DNA of 63,439 bases, the filler included, from Reticulomyxa filosa (taxonomy: Eukaryota > Protista > Foraminifera): the NCBI GenBank assembly GCA_000512085.1. It is 22 parts of 22 records of this genome, joined end to end, with 100 filler letters (N's around TTAATTAATTAA, not from the genome) between each part and the next. Parts side by side here need not be neighbours in the genome. Positions count along the whole stretch, not along the records: positions 46,396 to 53,329 come from ASPP01034358.1; positions 53,430 to 55,164 come from ASPP01019085.1; positions 55,265 to 58,398 come from ASPP01046447.1; positions 58,499 to 60,538 come from ASPP01024712.1; positions 60,639 to 62,083 come from ASPP01001893.1; positions 62,184 to 63,439 come from ASPP01014081.1; 16 more parts are not named here. One strand, 5' to 3'. Below the pieces are notes generated by a model that saw nothing but the letters and a program-made list of their open reading frames with translations, was not told the DNA's origin and did no database searches. Within the stretch, counting starts at the first letter, position 1. Each line of letters opens with the position of its first letter. Shown here in pieces: positions 51,311 to 63,439 of this stretch. The translations under genes and the position numbers were made by a program.

Positions 51311-54300
51311 TTGCGCGTTCCAGCAGGACTGCCATTTGAGGTGGTTTTTTTGTGCGGGCGTGATGATATTATGCATGCATTAAGGGGAAGTTGTCCCAAG
51401 ATTGCATTGACACAAACTCTTCACAACGGGCATGTGCGTGTATGTATACCATGGAGCCATTGATATTTGTTTCAGTGACGATCACTTGTTCATCCTATCG
51501 AAAGCGTTCGCTTTGATGTTTGATTTGACAATGTTCTCAAAACAACATGATACCTTCTGTTTATTTCAAGAGCAAATCGATGTCATCATGGTCTTAATTT
51601 TTTTTTAATTTTAGTAGTAATGAAATTTGCGCTTGTTTAAATTGTGCAAAAACTTCAACAGAATGTATATTATAAAATAATGCCTTAAAAAAAGATTATA
51701 AAATTTACTTTAGAAATGATTGTATTTACTTTATTCTGAAAATAGCAACGAAAGTGTTTCTAAATAGGGTCTAGTTCCTTTTTTGTTTCTTATCTTTTAT
51801 GTTCATACTTAAGTTAAAACTTGGAAGAAATGCTGGTTTTATACAAAAGTGAAAGAATAATCGAATCTGCATGGCATACTTTCTGCGAGACATCTTCAAG
51901 AAATTTTTTTAAAAAAACAAAGTTAAGAAAATAAACAGTCTTTTCACTGTTGCATTCCTCTTTGAAATCTCCACATTTAATTCAAAGCAACCAACCACTG
52001 CGAAGATGATATTCAAATGCAGAAATTGGTGTGCATACGCCACAAACCTTTGCAAATATCTGAATCTCTTCCTTATAGTCATTATAGCAATCTCACGTTG
52101 TCTTTGATATATCTTTTGCCCAACTCACCAACATTTTAATATTGTATCTGATAAAAATCTCCCTTTGATCTGCTTATCGTCACATGTGTACATGTATATA
52201 TACATAATGAAATAAGCAAAGAGAAATTTAACAATATGATAATCATCAAGTGTTTGGAAAAGTAAGCGAACATTGCACGAGTATCTTGTTTTCTATTGTT
52301 CCAAATACGCTTTTCCAAAAGCAAACATATGAATAGCATGATCTGTATACAAAATGAACAAATATAATCCATAAACCCAGTTGATATTTTTTTCCTTGAA
52401 TACATCATATTGTTTTGTTTAACATAATCAATTGTAAAATCAACTGTTTCTCCAATCTTTTTGCACCAAATGACGTATAACTTATTAGCATATTTTTTGC
52501 ATACATTTTACTTGAATTTTATGTCTTTTTATTTGCGTAATGAGCCAGTCATTAGTTGCACATTATCCTAAAATGAATAACCGTGCAGTTGACCATCTTA
52601 TGGAAAAATAAAAAGAAATTGGACATGAAGTAATCCAAAGATAAAGTATTGATGCATAATGAAAAAAGAAACGTGATTCAATTTGACTTACTTAGAAGGT
52701 ATTAGTAAATAAAATTCAGACAAAATTAAAATAACTTATTTTGTTTTTTTAACAACAATATTATCTTTTGCTCAAAATTATTTGGGAATTGGAGTTGTAT
52801 CATCATCAGATATAAGATCGATGCAATTACCCAAGGCAAATAATAACGTTGCTTGAAGTGAATGTTGAACAAATCAATTTGATCTGTCAAAAAAAATCAC
52901 ACATTGACAATGAAATATTAAGTAAGTGGAAGCAATAATCATTTATCATTTATCACTTCTCTATTGGCAATGTTGATGTATTTTAATTAGGTCAATTTCA
53001 ATTTATTAAACACGCCATTTTATTGGTTATGTAGTATAAATTTTCTTGATTTGTATTCAAATCTGAAATATGGTAAAAGAGATGATCAAAATAAAAAAAG
53101 AAAAGAGAAATGAATGCTGCTGTTTCATAACAATTGAAGATTTTATATTGGATATATGAAAATGATAATGCGTTTGAATCTCTGAAATTGTATGCATTTT
53201 ATATAAGCAAACACTCCGTTTTTTATTTTGAGTTTGTGCTGAGTGCTATGATACATTATTTCAAACTTCAATGAAAAATTTGTCAAAAATCTCTTTTGGT
53301 CATCTTTTCTTTATCTGATGACAAACTATNNNNNNNNNNNNNNNNNNNNNNNNNNNNNNNNNNNNNNNNNNNNTTAATTAATTAANNNNNNNNNNNNNNN
53401 NNNNNNNNNNNNNNNNNNNNNNNNNNNNNGATCGACTATCTGCATGACTTTATTCCATATTGGTGAATAGCACTGTGTCTACCTTTCATTGCCAAACTGC
53501 TATTTATTACCCCAATGATTCCTGACGCATCCAAAGAGGTGAGAATTGCACGAATTTTATTCAAAGACTCAAAGCTAATGTATGCAGAATTGAATGCAGT
53601 TTAGTGCAAACAAAAAAAAATATAAATATATCCTTGACGATACAATGCTTTAAATTTTTCATAGAAATCTTTAATCCACAAACGAATGGCAATGTTCAAT
53701 AGCACTTCATTTAAACCTTTTGGTAGACGTATAATATCTCCTCAATATAAACCAAATACTCTTTGTGGTATTTCATTCCTCAATTTGGGTGATGATTTAA
53801 TAGTGCATGCTCTTTCTATGTGTACGTTACATTTTGTAGCTTGAAGCATGAATCAAAAATGGGTGATTATGCAAACAATAATGACTTTCAAATGTTCATT
53901 TGGATTTGATTTATGGCAAGAACAAATTGAACTAAGCAAATAGATGTCGGAACATGTTGCATTTTCACAAATTGGAGAATTGAAATAAAATGGAAGCACA
54001 ATCTAATCACGAGCAAGTCAAGCGTGCCTTTGATAAGACAGTTGGATACCCTTTGGAGGTCATATTAAATGCGTGAAGATCCGATCTTTGGATAATATTC
54101 GCACAAGTAATTGCTTTGTTCTTTACCGTTTATTTATTTACAAATTAAAAATTAATATATATAAAAATTGTTAAGAATTTTTTCAAATCTTTTCTATTCT
54201 TATTCACTTGTCTATCCAAAAAGTAGTAATTCTAAACGGTAACTCACTTCAATAGCCGCAATCTATAATTTCTTGCACAAAGGGCACAAGAATATTCTGT

Positions 54301-55264
54301 AAGGTATCCTGTTGATCTGAAGCGGTTTGCACTGAATATGATGAGTCCCAACTGTTAAATGATCGCCCTCAATTGGTATTTGCTCCAAATATTATCGCGC
54401 ACGATGCAGAACCATTGTGCGAAAAATCTGAACGGATAAACGCAAAGACTAAAAGAAAGCGAGAACTGATTGTGCAATGCCTTTTCAAATAGCTCTGGAT
54501 GCAATCGAATCTCTTTTCTTTCTTGCTATCAATATTTCTTTTCATTTTTGTGTTGGCATATAAGTTTACATAAGTATATACATACTTATGTAAGTATGCA
54601 AATGAGATTTGAAAAAACTGCAAAATTACCATTTTAATAAATGATAAATAGCACATTGACATATTTATGTTTTCAAAAAAGGATAATTTCCTACTGTTCT
54701 CGTTTATTTTCAAGTTGTGTAAAATTCTTTTGACAATTGAACCTTCTGCAGCTGGGGATAAGAGTTCTTTCAATCGCCTTACAAGCATGTCTATACACGT
54801 CTTGAATTACTCGTTCTCAATAACAAGCGCAGTAACTTTTTTTCATCCAATGCATCAAACAAATAAAAAAAATGTAACATTCCAAATTTCCGATATGCAA
54901 AACTGAATAATGTCTTCAAACACAACACATACAAAAGTTTTCTTTTTTTTTATTGAAATATACGTAGAAAAAACGTATACCTGCATCTACTGTTTTGACG
55001 ACAATATCTGTCACTGATTTCTTCAAATTATTTTGGAATGGCATTGCGCTTGTAGATAGAAAATAATCAGCTTACACAATTTTCTACTTTCTATTTTTTG
55101 TTTTGTTTCATCCAATTGCATGATCGTTGCTTATGTCTGCTATTTTTTTTGTCGTACTGACATANNNNNNNNNNNNNNNNNNNNNNNNNNNNNNNNNNNN
55201 NNNNNNNNTTAATTAATTAANNNNNNNNNNNNNNNNNNNNNNNNNNNNNNNNNNNNNNNNNNNN

Positions 55265-58200
55265 TTTAATCTCAATGCTATCATTTCAAGTCCTTTCGCA
55301 CATGAAGCACAAAGATTAGATCTATTATTAAGCTTATTCAATAAAAATTCAAATATATCATCCACTTGTTGTTTACTCAAGTTCTTTGATATTATTTGAA
55401 GTATTTTTTCACATGAATATCGAATATTGTAATCAGAACTACTGAATCCAGATTTTAAAAATTGGATTATGTTGTCGAGTTGTTGATCAGTTAACACAGG
55501 TGATATTGTTGTAAATATTTTTAAACATGAATCCTGAAGTTGATTGTCATTGTCCTTGTAACCTTTTATTAAACATTGAAGTAGATTATTCAATTGTGTT
55601 TCATTTAGTCTCAATTCTATCATTTCAAGTCCTTTCGCACAGGAAGCACGAAGATTATGGTATTTATTATTAAGCTTATTCAATAAAAATTCAAATATAT
55701 CATTCACTTGTTGTTTACTCAAATTCTTTGATATTATTTGCAGTATTTTTTCACATGAATATCCAATATTGTAATCAGTATTACTGAATCCAGATTTTAA
55801 AAATTGGATTATGCTGTCAAGTTGTTGATCAGTTAACACAGGTGATATTGTTGTAAGTATTTTTAAACATGAATCCTGAAGTTGAAGGTTGTCCTTGTAA
55901 ATTTTTATTAACCATTGAAGTAAATTATTCAATCGTGTTTCATTCAGTCTCAATACTATTCTTCGGAATGTTTCTTTATAATAACAATTTTTAGCATCCA
56001 ATTGTTTTTTATTTAACTTTGTCAAGAGATTTGTAAGTGATTTTATATAATGATGGTAAATAACTTTGTCTCTATTTTTAAGTCCATCAATCAAACAGGA
56101 TATTATATTATCGAATTGCTTTTCTTTGTGTTTTATTACCATTTCAAGTGATTGAATAGATAACTTGTGAGTAAGTTCATTTACACCTCGTTTATGTAAT
56201 TTTAATAAAACTCTTTCAAATGAATATACACAATATTTCTGCACAAATGTATTTTCATTATCATCATTTATTCCATTCATCAAACATTCCAAAGTATTAT
56301 CCAATTGTTGTTTATTCAATTTCATTGCTATTCTTCCAAGAAATTCTGCACATGATATTCGAACTAACATATCTTTATTCTTATCATTCAATCTATTCTT
56401 CGAACATTTCCAAGCAATATTCAATTGTTTTTTATTTAATTTCATTGATATTTTTCCAATTGATTCTGCGCATGAATATTGGACATTTTTACTTGGATCA
56501 TTTTTGAATCCATTCATTAAATAGTTAACAACATCATTACTCAATTGTTTTTCATTCAATTTCAGTTTTTGAATTGTTTGTGCACATAAATAACGAACAT
56601 AATTATTCTTATACTTGAAACTATTCTTAATCAAATACATAACAAAATTATCTAATTGTATTGGATTCCATTTCTTTGACAGTGTTGCAAGCAGATCGAT
56701 ACATAATTTATGGATACGCTTTTTCTTACATTTCAAACCCTTTATCAAATATTTGAAAGCAGTATCTAAATGTATTTCATTTGAATCAACTAAAATTTCC
56801 ATATACAATTTCCTACGCAGCCAATATCCACTCTTATCATTATTGTTGATCAATTTTTTCAATAAATTCTTAAAATTAACACTTGATTGTTCTTGATTCC
56901 ATTTCTTCAAAAGTGTTCTAATCAATTGTACACAGTATTGATGAACAAATTTTCGTTTATCTTGCAATCCATCTATCAAATGTCGAAATACATTGTTCTG
57001 TTGTTTTTCATTCAATATCAATAAAATTCTTTTAAGTAGATCTGCAGATGATCGATGATAGGATTCATTTGTACTATCTAATGCATTTAAAAAAGATTTA
57101 CAAATACTACTTAATTGTTTCACATCCAATTTCATCACAATTGTTTCAAGTACTACTGCGCAAGAATTAAAAATATCTTTATCTTTAGTTTCAAATTCTG
57201 AAATTACATATTTTAAAATATAGTCCATTTGCTCTTTATCCAATTTTATCACAAATGTTGTGATTACTCTTGCACATGAATCACAGAGATGAATGCTTTT
57301 ATTGTTAAATGTATCTATCATACGTTTAAAAGCGCTACTCAATTGCTCCGTATTCATGTTCAATAATATTTTTTCAATTAATTTGGCACATATTTCATGT
57401 AAATCAATCCTCTTTTGGAATCCACCCAATAAAATGTCAAAAATATCCACTTGTTTTTCATCTAATTTTGTTGCAATTGCCTCAAATATATCTGCGTATA
57501 CATCAAGAGGAATGTATTCTTCGGCGAATATATCTGCGTATTCATCAAGAGGAATGTATTTTTTGTTGAATATATCCATCAACCATCTAAAAGTGTTATA
57601 CAATTGTTCCTTATTCATATTCCGTGATATTTTTTCAATGAATCTGGCACATTTTCCATGACTATCTCTGTCACAGATTCCACCCAATAAAGTTTCAATA
57701 ACATCACTCAGTTGTATTTCACTCACTTTTAATGCTATTGCTTCAAGTGTATCCATAAGCATCACGTTACATTGAGAGGATGGACGGAACCATCTCGTTA
57801 TCCTGTTTTGTTTTTTTGGTATGATAAGATATTCTCGTTGATTTAATTGTTTTGGAACTGGCTTGAATTGATCTATGATACATGAGTAAATATCTGGATG
57901 AACAAGAACATGTGACAAATTGGAAAAATTTAGTCCTATCACTTTATGGAGTGGTAGATGTGCAGTTCTGTATTTATTATCGTTTTCGTGTATGTCAAAA
58001 TTGATCCAAGCAATCAGAAATGATTTGAATAAATCAATCAGATTCTTGTGACAATTTCGAAGTTGAGATGGAAGAAATTGACTCTCTGTATCTGCTTTGC
58101 AAGAATCCAGACAACGCATACTTAATATTATTTGATAAATGGGAGATAGCTGACAAATTGATGGAGCATGTAATAATTTCCAAAAATACAATAAACGAGA

Positions 58201-58398
58201 TCCATCAGGATCTTTTCCATTTTCAATATAATCATACAATATTCCAGCCATAAATGGAATAATCATTGAATATTTGGGATTGAGTTGTTCATTAATCAAA
58301 ATAGAACAAACTTGTTTATGATCATCTGATTCAGTTGGTTGATATAAACAATGAACCAAATAATAAGCAGCAAACCATTCTTGAAATGTCAAATGAGG
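55265..58398 (-). CDS. NACHT (STAND NTPase) protein C-terminal part: winged-helix/HD2 plus a long HEAT/ARM-repeat array; partial at both ends
   Basis: HLTFQEWFAAYYL is the NACHT winged-helix motif, followed by IPFMAGIL. About 20 repeats of ~38 aa follow (LNKKQLDNTLECLMNGIND...SCA). Confidence 0.85.
55270..55947 (-). repeat. Two near-identical 339-bp tandem units (three HEAT repeats each)
   Basis: Units 55947-55609 and 55608-55270 both read LNET.LNNLLQ.LIK...SCAKGLEMI.LR. A third unit begins at the contig break. Confidence 0.9.
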
Positions 58399-58540
58399 NN
58401 NNNNNNNNNNNNNNNNNNNNNNNNNNNNNNNNNNNNNNNNNNTTAATTAATTAANNNNNNNNNNNNNNNNNNNNNNNNNNNNNNNNNNNNNNNNNNNNAA
58501 AAAAAAAAAAAAAAAAAAGATAAAAAAAAAAAAAACAAAC

Positions 58541-60440
58541 CTCTTAATTTAATATTGATTGCGGATCTTCTCAATGGAGTAGTACTAACCTGATCTTGTT
58601 GAGCCTGTTGTTTAGCGGTGGCGGCATCTCGTTGCGATCTCCATTCTTCCCTCGCTTGTTTTTCTTGTTCGGTCAAATGGGTCTCACCTCGGTCGTCCTG
58701 ATAAACATCGCGATATACTTTTTCCACAATGCCTGCCCTTTTTTTGAGCAGGTCGACATTGTACTCCAATGCGGACTTGCCGTAGAGATTGAGTTCCATT
58801 TGTTCCTTGACAGCATCATCGCCGACCAAAGGAGGATAGATGGTCAATTCCGAATCGCGAAAGGTGAGTGACTTTTTGAACTCCTCGCTGTCGAACAGTT
58901 CGTTGAGTTGTCTCTTCACCATCATTTCTTCGTGCGCATAATAGCGGATCAAGGAATACCTCCGGAACTTCATCAGCTGCGCGCTGTGATAGCGTCGAAT
59001 GTCGCTATTTTCCTTCCAATACTGATAGAGCTTCAAGAATCGATGATATTCATTGCTGTGTAGGATTTTGATTTGGAAGTCGATGACGAGCAGCAAAACG
59101 ATATAAAAAATGATCGACGTATCGCTGAAGGGATTTTTGCAATCATTTTTAGGAGGACAATAGCCATTGCCATTGCTATTCAATTTTTCCATGCCAACCA
59201 CACTCGGCCAAGATACAAAGCCATGTTTCTTTTCATGATCGTGAGGAAGCCATGGCAGTTGATATAGTATCGATAGGGACAAGATACCCCACGTGTAGAT
59301 TTCGACCATTCCCCACCAACGGATGAGCTTGCGATGCTCCGAAGGCTTGGCAAAGAACAGCTGCCAGAATGGGAACATCAAAAATACAGTACTCAAAATC
59401 GTCACTGTGCGAATGCCAAAGGCGAACATTATAATCAGCAACACCTTGTCGCAATACAATAGTGTGTGCGCTTTCCACTGCTCCCATAACACGTCCGCTT
59501 GGCGGTCCATCTTTGTCCTTATCTTCAATCCCTTGTTGCTATCCGTTAATCCGAGTCGCTTGCGCCAAGGCTCTTCTTGCCAGTCCCATACCTTGCCTAC
59601 ACTTTGCAACAGCGCTTTGTGAACCCCTAATTTGCCTTCTTCGTCCTTATTGTCTTTCATCGTCGCTGTTTCCTGTTGCGTCTGCTGCTCTCGATCTTGA
59701 TCGTCTGGAGGTGGTGTTGGTGGTGTTGGTGGTGTTGGTAGTGGCGGTGGTTGTTGCTTTTGTTCTGGTGATAGCTCTTGATCATGATCATGATCATGAT
59801 CTTGATCTTGATCTTCTCCTTTGGTCTTTGCTCTTTTTCTCAGTTTGTGCTCTCGCAAAATATCCCACGCGAAATAACAATATTGCAACGACACCATCAG
59901 GTATGCAAAAAAGTCAAAGTACAGGTCTCTCGCAGTATAGTGCACCGTCGGCAGAAACGCCCAGTACTCGGCGTCATGGCCAGTAAAGTTACGGCCGAAA
60001 TGAAAGCAGTCTTTCCATCTCGTCGTCATGTTGTACGACGACTGAGTTATTATATACAAAGAACATAGGGGGTATTTCGTTTGTGTGCAAATGCACAATG
60101 TATTCATTTATTTCATGTTATATATATATATATATATGTATATATATACATATATATGTATATATATATGTATATGTACATATATGCACATATATAACAC
60201 GAAGAAATAAAAACTTTGATTCGTAACTAATTCGTAAGGAATGACGATCCAATATTGCAATAGCAACCACAACATCATAATGACGACCAACGGAGTCCAT
60301 ATTCTTTCCGTATACACGTGAGGGTCGTGATGCAACGTGGCTCCAAAAACATAGCATCCACACACGACTATCACATAAAGCAAGTTCATTGAATTTTTGC
60401 TATAGAACGCACAAAATAGCAATAGAATTGTGCTAATTTC
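58541..60440 (-). CDS. PIEZO: Piezo-family mechanosensitive channel, internal fragment
   Basis: TM units MNLLYV...IWTPLVV..LLLQY, DFFAYLMVSLQYCYF, TILSTVFL...W..VEIYT...SILYQLP and IIFYIVLLLVIDFQIKILHSNEY, followed by a charged beam-like helix. Confidence 0.75.
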
Positions 60441-60751
60441 TAATCCCCGATTCTGTTCATTTTATTGTGCGATTTCGCGCGCGCGTGTGTGTGTGTGTGT
60501 GTGTGCATTTCATTTAAGTTTACAATACATAAAACAAANNNNNNNNNNNNNNNNNNNNNNNNNNNNNNNNNNNNNNNNNNNNTTAATTAATTAANNNNNN
60601 NNNNNNNNNNNNNNNNNNNNNNNNNNNNNNNNNNNNNNTTGTTGTTATTGTTATTGAAGAAAATTCGCATCATGTGTATGTATACGTTGTGGGAAAAAAA
60701 AGGAAATTGTTTTACAAAAAATTTTTTGTAAGAGCTCTCGTTGTTGTATTT

Positions 60752-61138
60752 AACCCGATCGCCCTCGACCACGTACACTTTCTTGATGTTTTCGGCGCGG
60801 AATATGATAAATTCATAAATACAATCCGATGGGGCAATTGCCTGATCTCCTGAACGGCGACCTTCCGTCCCCATGCATTGCACTGTCAAATGTGTACATT
60901 TTTTTTTTTAATGGCAAACATTTTCTTTCAATTCCTATCAAGTTGGTGTTATTGACGTGCAGTTTTTTTTTTTTTTAGTGTTGCTGTGTTTCTGAGCTCA
61001 AACTGTACCGTGCTGAAGAGCCAAAGTCTTTTCGTCATGATCAATAATATACAGACGTCCATCATACCGGACATCACTTGTTGACAACAGCGAAACTTGC
61101 TTAAACAAGAATGGATTGGTCTCTCTATCAGTAGTCAT
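60752..61138 (-). CDS. LSM14: LSM14/Scd6/RAP55 N-terminal Lsm domain, 3'-partial (intron ~60885-61008)
   Basis: FLFKQVSLLSTSDVRYDGRLYIIDHDEKTLALQH|VQCMGTEGRR...IYEFIIFRAENIK. Confidence 0.9.
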
Positions 61139-62183
61139 AGTAACCGTTGTTGATTGAAGAAACTAAATCAAAAGACCCTCTTTATTCTGGCTCGTTTTCA
61201 CTGACATTTGTCAAATCATTCGATTTCTTGACGTAACTTAAGCATACTCCTCTAAGGAATTTTATAGATATCATCTTCTGTGATCAATTTACATTTTTTT
61301 ATTAAAAGCAAAATATAAAAATCGGTGTCTTAACGCGGTTATACACTCCTACAAGATTTTGCAATTTATAGAAAAGCTGTTGTACAAGTTGATCACATAA
61401 AACAGTTCGTAGATTTAAGTGTAATAATAACCTTTACCATTTTTAGACACTACAACATAAAATGAAATATAATTATGTAGATATACAATTGAAAATTGAT
61501 CTTTCAATGTAATATTTTTCCTAAAACATACTCGCATATAAGCTATTCTAAGTTTTTTTGATATAATAGCATACAGTAATTGGATAAATAAAATTATATG
61601 GTATTATATTATTTTTCCTTCGATTGTTGAGGTTAACTAGTATATATAATATTGTATCTATTAATAATCATTGTTTTGGAAGATAACGTTTTTGTCGTTG
61701 TCATTTAATACATAAAGGTTTATGTTTTGTTATCGATTTGGATATCTCAAATTTGTACAATACAACTCTTTGTTAGATTCATAACAATAAATATCCTTTA
61801 ATTATTGAAAATTGATTAAAAGGATTGCCTTAAATATATGAAATATTGTTGTTAATTATCTTTACAAACACACAAAAGCCTGACGTTGTTTCAATTTCAA
61901 TATCTAAATAATCTAAAGTTGATTATAACTATTCATAATCATATTGAATAAAGTAAATCTTTTTAAATAATGGTATGAATAATCTGTATTCAGCGATGAT
62001 ATTTTCAGTTGTTGTAAAAAGAAACAAATAGCTCTGAGTAAGATTATAAAGGTGATATTACTTTTTTCTATAAGCTGATCTTANNNNNNNNNNNNNNNNN
62101 NNNNNNNNNNNNNNNNNNNNNNNNNNNTTAATTAATTAANNNNNNNNNNNNNNNNNNNNNNNNNNNNNNNNNNNNNNNNNNNN

Positions 62184-63061
62184 CCATTGCCATTGTAGCC
62201 ATCGCAATAAGCAGCTGTACAATTTTTGTTTGGTTTTGTTTTTGTGTAAAGATTTAGGTATTTGACTAAGGGGAGGAGGAAAAAAAAAAAGGACACTAGA
62301 AATAATGTATCTAAACAGCTGGCTATGTTATCACACGGCAAAGTCAAAGTCTTGGTCGGGGGCAAAGTCAACGTTTTGGTCGGAGGTAAAGTCAAAACCT
62401 TAGTCGGGGGTAACGTCAACGCTTTAGTCGGGGGTAACGTCAAAGTCTTAGTCGGGGGCAACGTCAAGGCTTTAGTAGGTGGCAAGGTGAGCGTTTTCGT
62501 CGGCGCCAAGGTCAGTGTCTTGGTTGGGGGTTGTGTCAAAGTCTTGGTTGGGGGCTGCGTCAATGTCTTGGTTGGGGGTTGCGTCAATGTCTTGGTTGGG
62601 GGTTGCGTCAATGTCTTGGTTGGGGGCTGCGTCAATGTCTTGGTTGGAGCCTGCGTCAATGTCTTGGTTGGAGGTTGCGTGAATGCCTTGGTTGGAGGCT
62701 GTGTTAATGCCTTTGTTGGGGCTTGCGTCAATGCTTTCGTTGGTGACTTGGTAACTGCTCTCGTCGGGGACTGCGTGATTGTCTTTGTCGGCGGCTGTGT
62801 CACTGTTTTCGTTGGTGGTTGCGTCACTGCTTTCGTTGGTGGCTGCGTCACTGCTTTCGTGGGTGGTTGCGTCAATGTTTTCGTTGGAAAATTGGAGGGT
62901 CTCTTCGTTGGGGCTTGCGTTGTATACTTTGTTGGCGCTAGCGTTACCACGTGCTTTGTTGGTGGTTGGGTCACTCCGTGAGTGGGCAAAGGCCCTTGCG
63001 CATCTCCAATGCTTGCTAGCAGTAGCAACAACACCAAAACACAAAAGCGCAAAGAAATCAT
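62184..63061 (-). CDS. Secreted mucin-like Pro/Thr-repeat protein, 3'-partial
   Basis: Signal peptide MISLRFCVLVLLLLLASIGDA, roughly 26 octapeptide repeats TQPPTKTL, then Cys-containing exons. Confidence 0.85.
62335..62975 (-). repeat. 24-bp coding tandem repeat (TQPPTKxx / TLPPTKxL)
   Basis: Clear 24-nt periodicity, e.g. gcgtcaatgtcttggttgggggtt repeated. Confidence 0.95.
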
Positions 63062-63439
63062 TTCAATACTGATTAAACCAGCACAAAACAAACAAAAACA
63101 ACAAAAAAAGAAGAAAAAAAAAAGGCGTGTGCGGTTGGTCACACAGCTTTTCACTGTTATGCTACAATATGTCGTCTTAAGAAAGCAGAAAAGAAAAGAA
63201 AAATGCTTGGACAAATAGGAATCAGCAATGAATAACTCAAAACACTAAATATCCAATAAACTTCTTCTTAATTATTCAAAATTATGCTGGCAAGCACAAT
63301 AAGAGCTCTTTTTTGTGAACATAAAAGTTTAGAAGGCACTGATTGTTTTACATACGCATATGCTTGGAACTGAAAACAAAGTTAAAAAAAAAAGCAAGGG
63401 TCCAAATTAAGACATATTATCTCGAATTCTGTTTGTGGT

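Noticed and set aside
3909-62183. Regularly recurring TTAATTAATTAA as a biological repeat or CRISPR-like array
   Set aside because: It is always embedded in exactly N44...N44, so it is an artificial concatenation spacer.
62262-62981. Plus-strand ORF with VLVGGCVN repeats
   Set aside because: It is the antisense shadow of the TQPPTKTL repeat gene, which has the signal peptide.
1-63439. Treating neighbouring genes as a cluster or operon, or the bacterial gene as integrated HGT
   Set aside because: The contigs are unlinked, and adjacency across spacers carries no information.
1-63439. Alternative genetic code (stop-codon reassignment) to explain the fragmented ORFs
   Set aside because: Conserved genes read through with the standard code once GT-AG introns are removed, and TAA and TGA occur as normal terminators.

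Overview
This is not one continuous locus. It is about 22 short contigs joined by artificial 100-bp spacers (N44-TTAATTAATTAA-N44, with stops in all six frames). All but one come from an AT-rich eukaryote with short GT-AG introns full of poly-T, poly-A and (TA)n tracts. That style, plus expanded caspase, TPR and NACHT-HEAT families and many decayed genes, resembles the foraminiferan Reticulomyxa filosa; this is an inference and was not verified. Recognisable housekeeping fragments: RNF10/Mag2, THADA/Trm732, PEX11 C-terminus, PIG-Q/Gpi1, a MAP kinase, UDP-sugar pyrophosphorylase, TRM1, poly(A) polymerase, an SDR, Piezo and LSM14. One GC-rich contig (37382-38474) is bacterial and encodes an ImmA/IrrE-family metallopeptidase. 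The main results come from splicing the fragmented ORFs by hand. (1) 12662-15048 splices in frame into one predicted type-I membrane protein: signal peptide, extracellular GH12-like glycan domain, TM helix and cytoplasmic CHAT (caspase-clan) protease, i.e. a candidate glycan-sensing receptor-protease. (2) 18-3364 splices through three phase-0 introns into a P-loop GTPase, two Trp-rich repeats, a PB1-like segment and a caspase-like protease. Together with a NACHT-HEAT protein and a PB1-like/TPR protein, these suggest an innate-immunity or cell-death-like toolkit in a protist. All splice models are manual predictions and need transcript confirmation.
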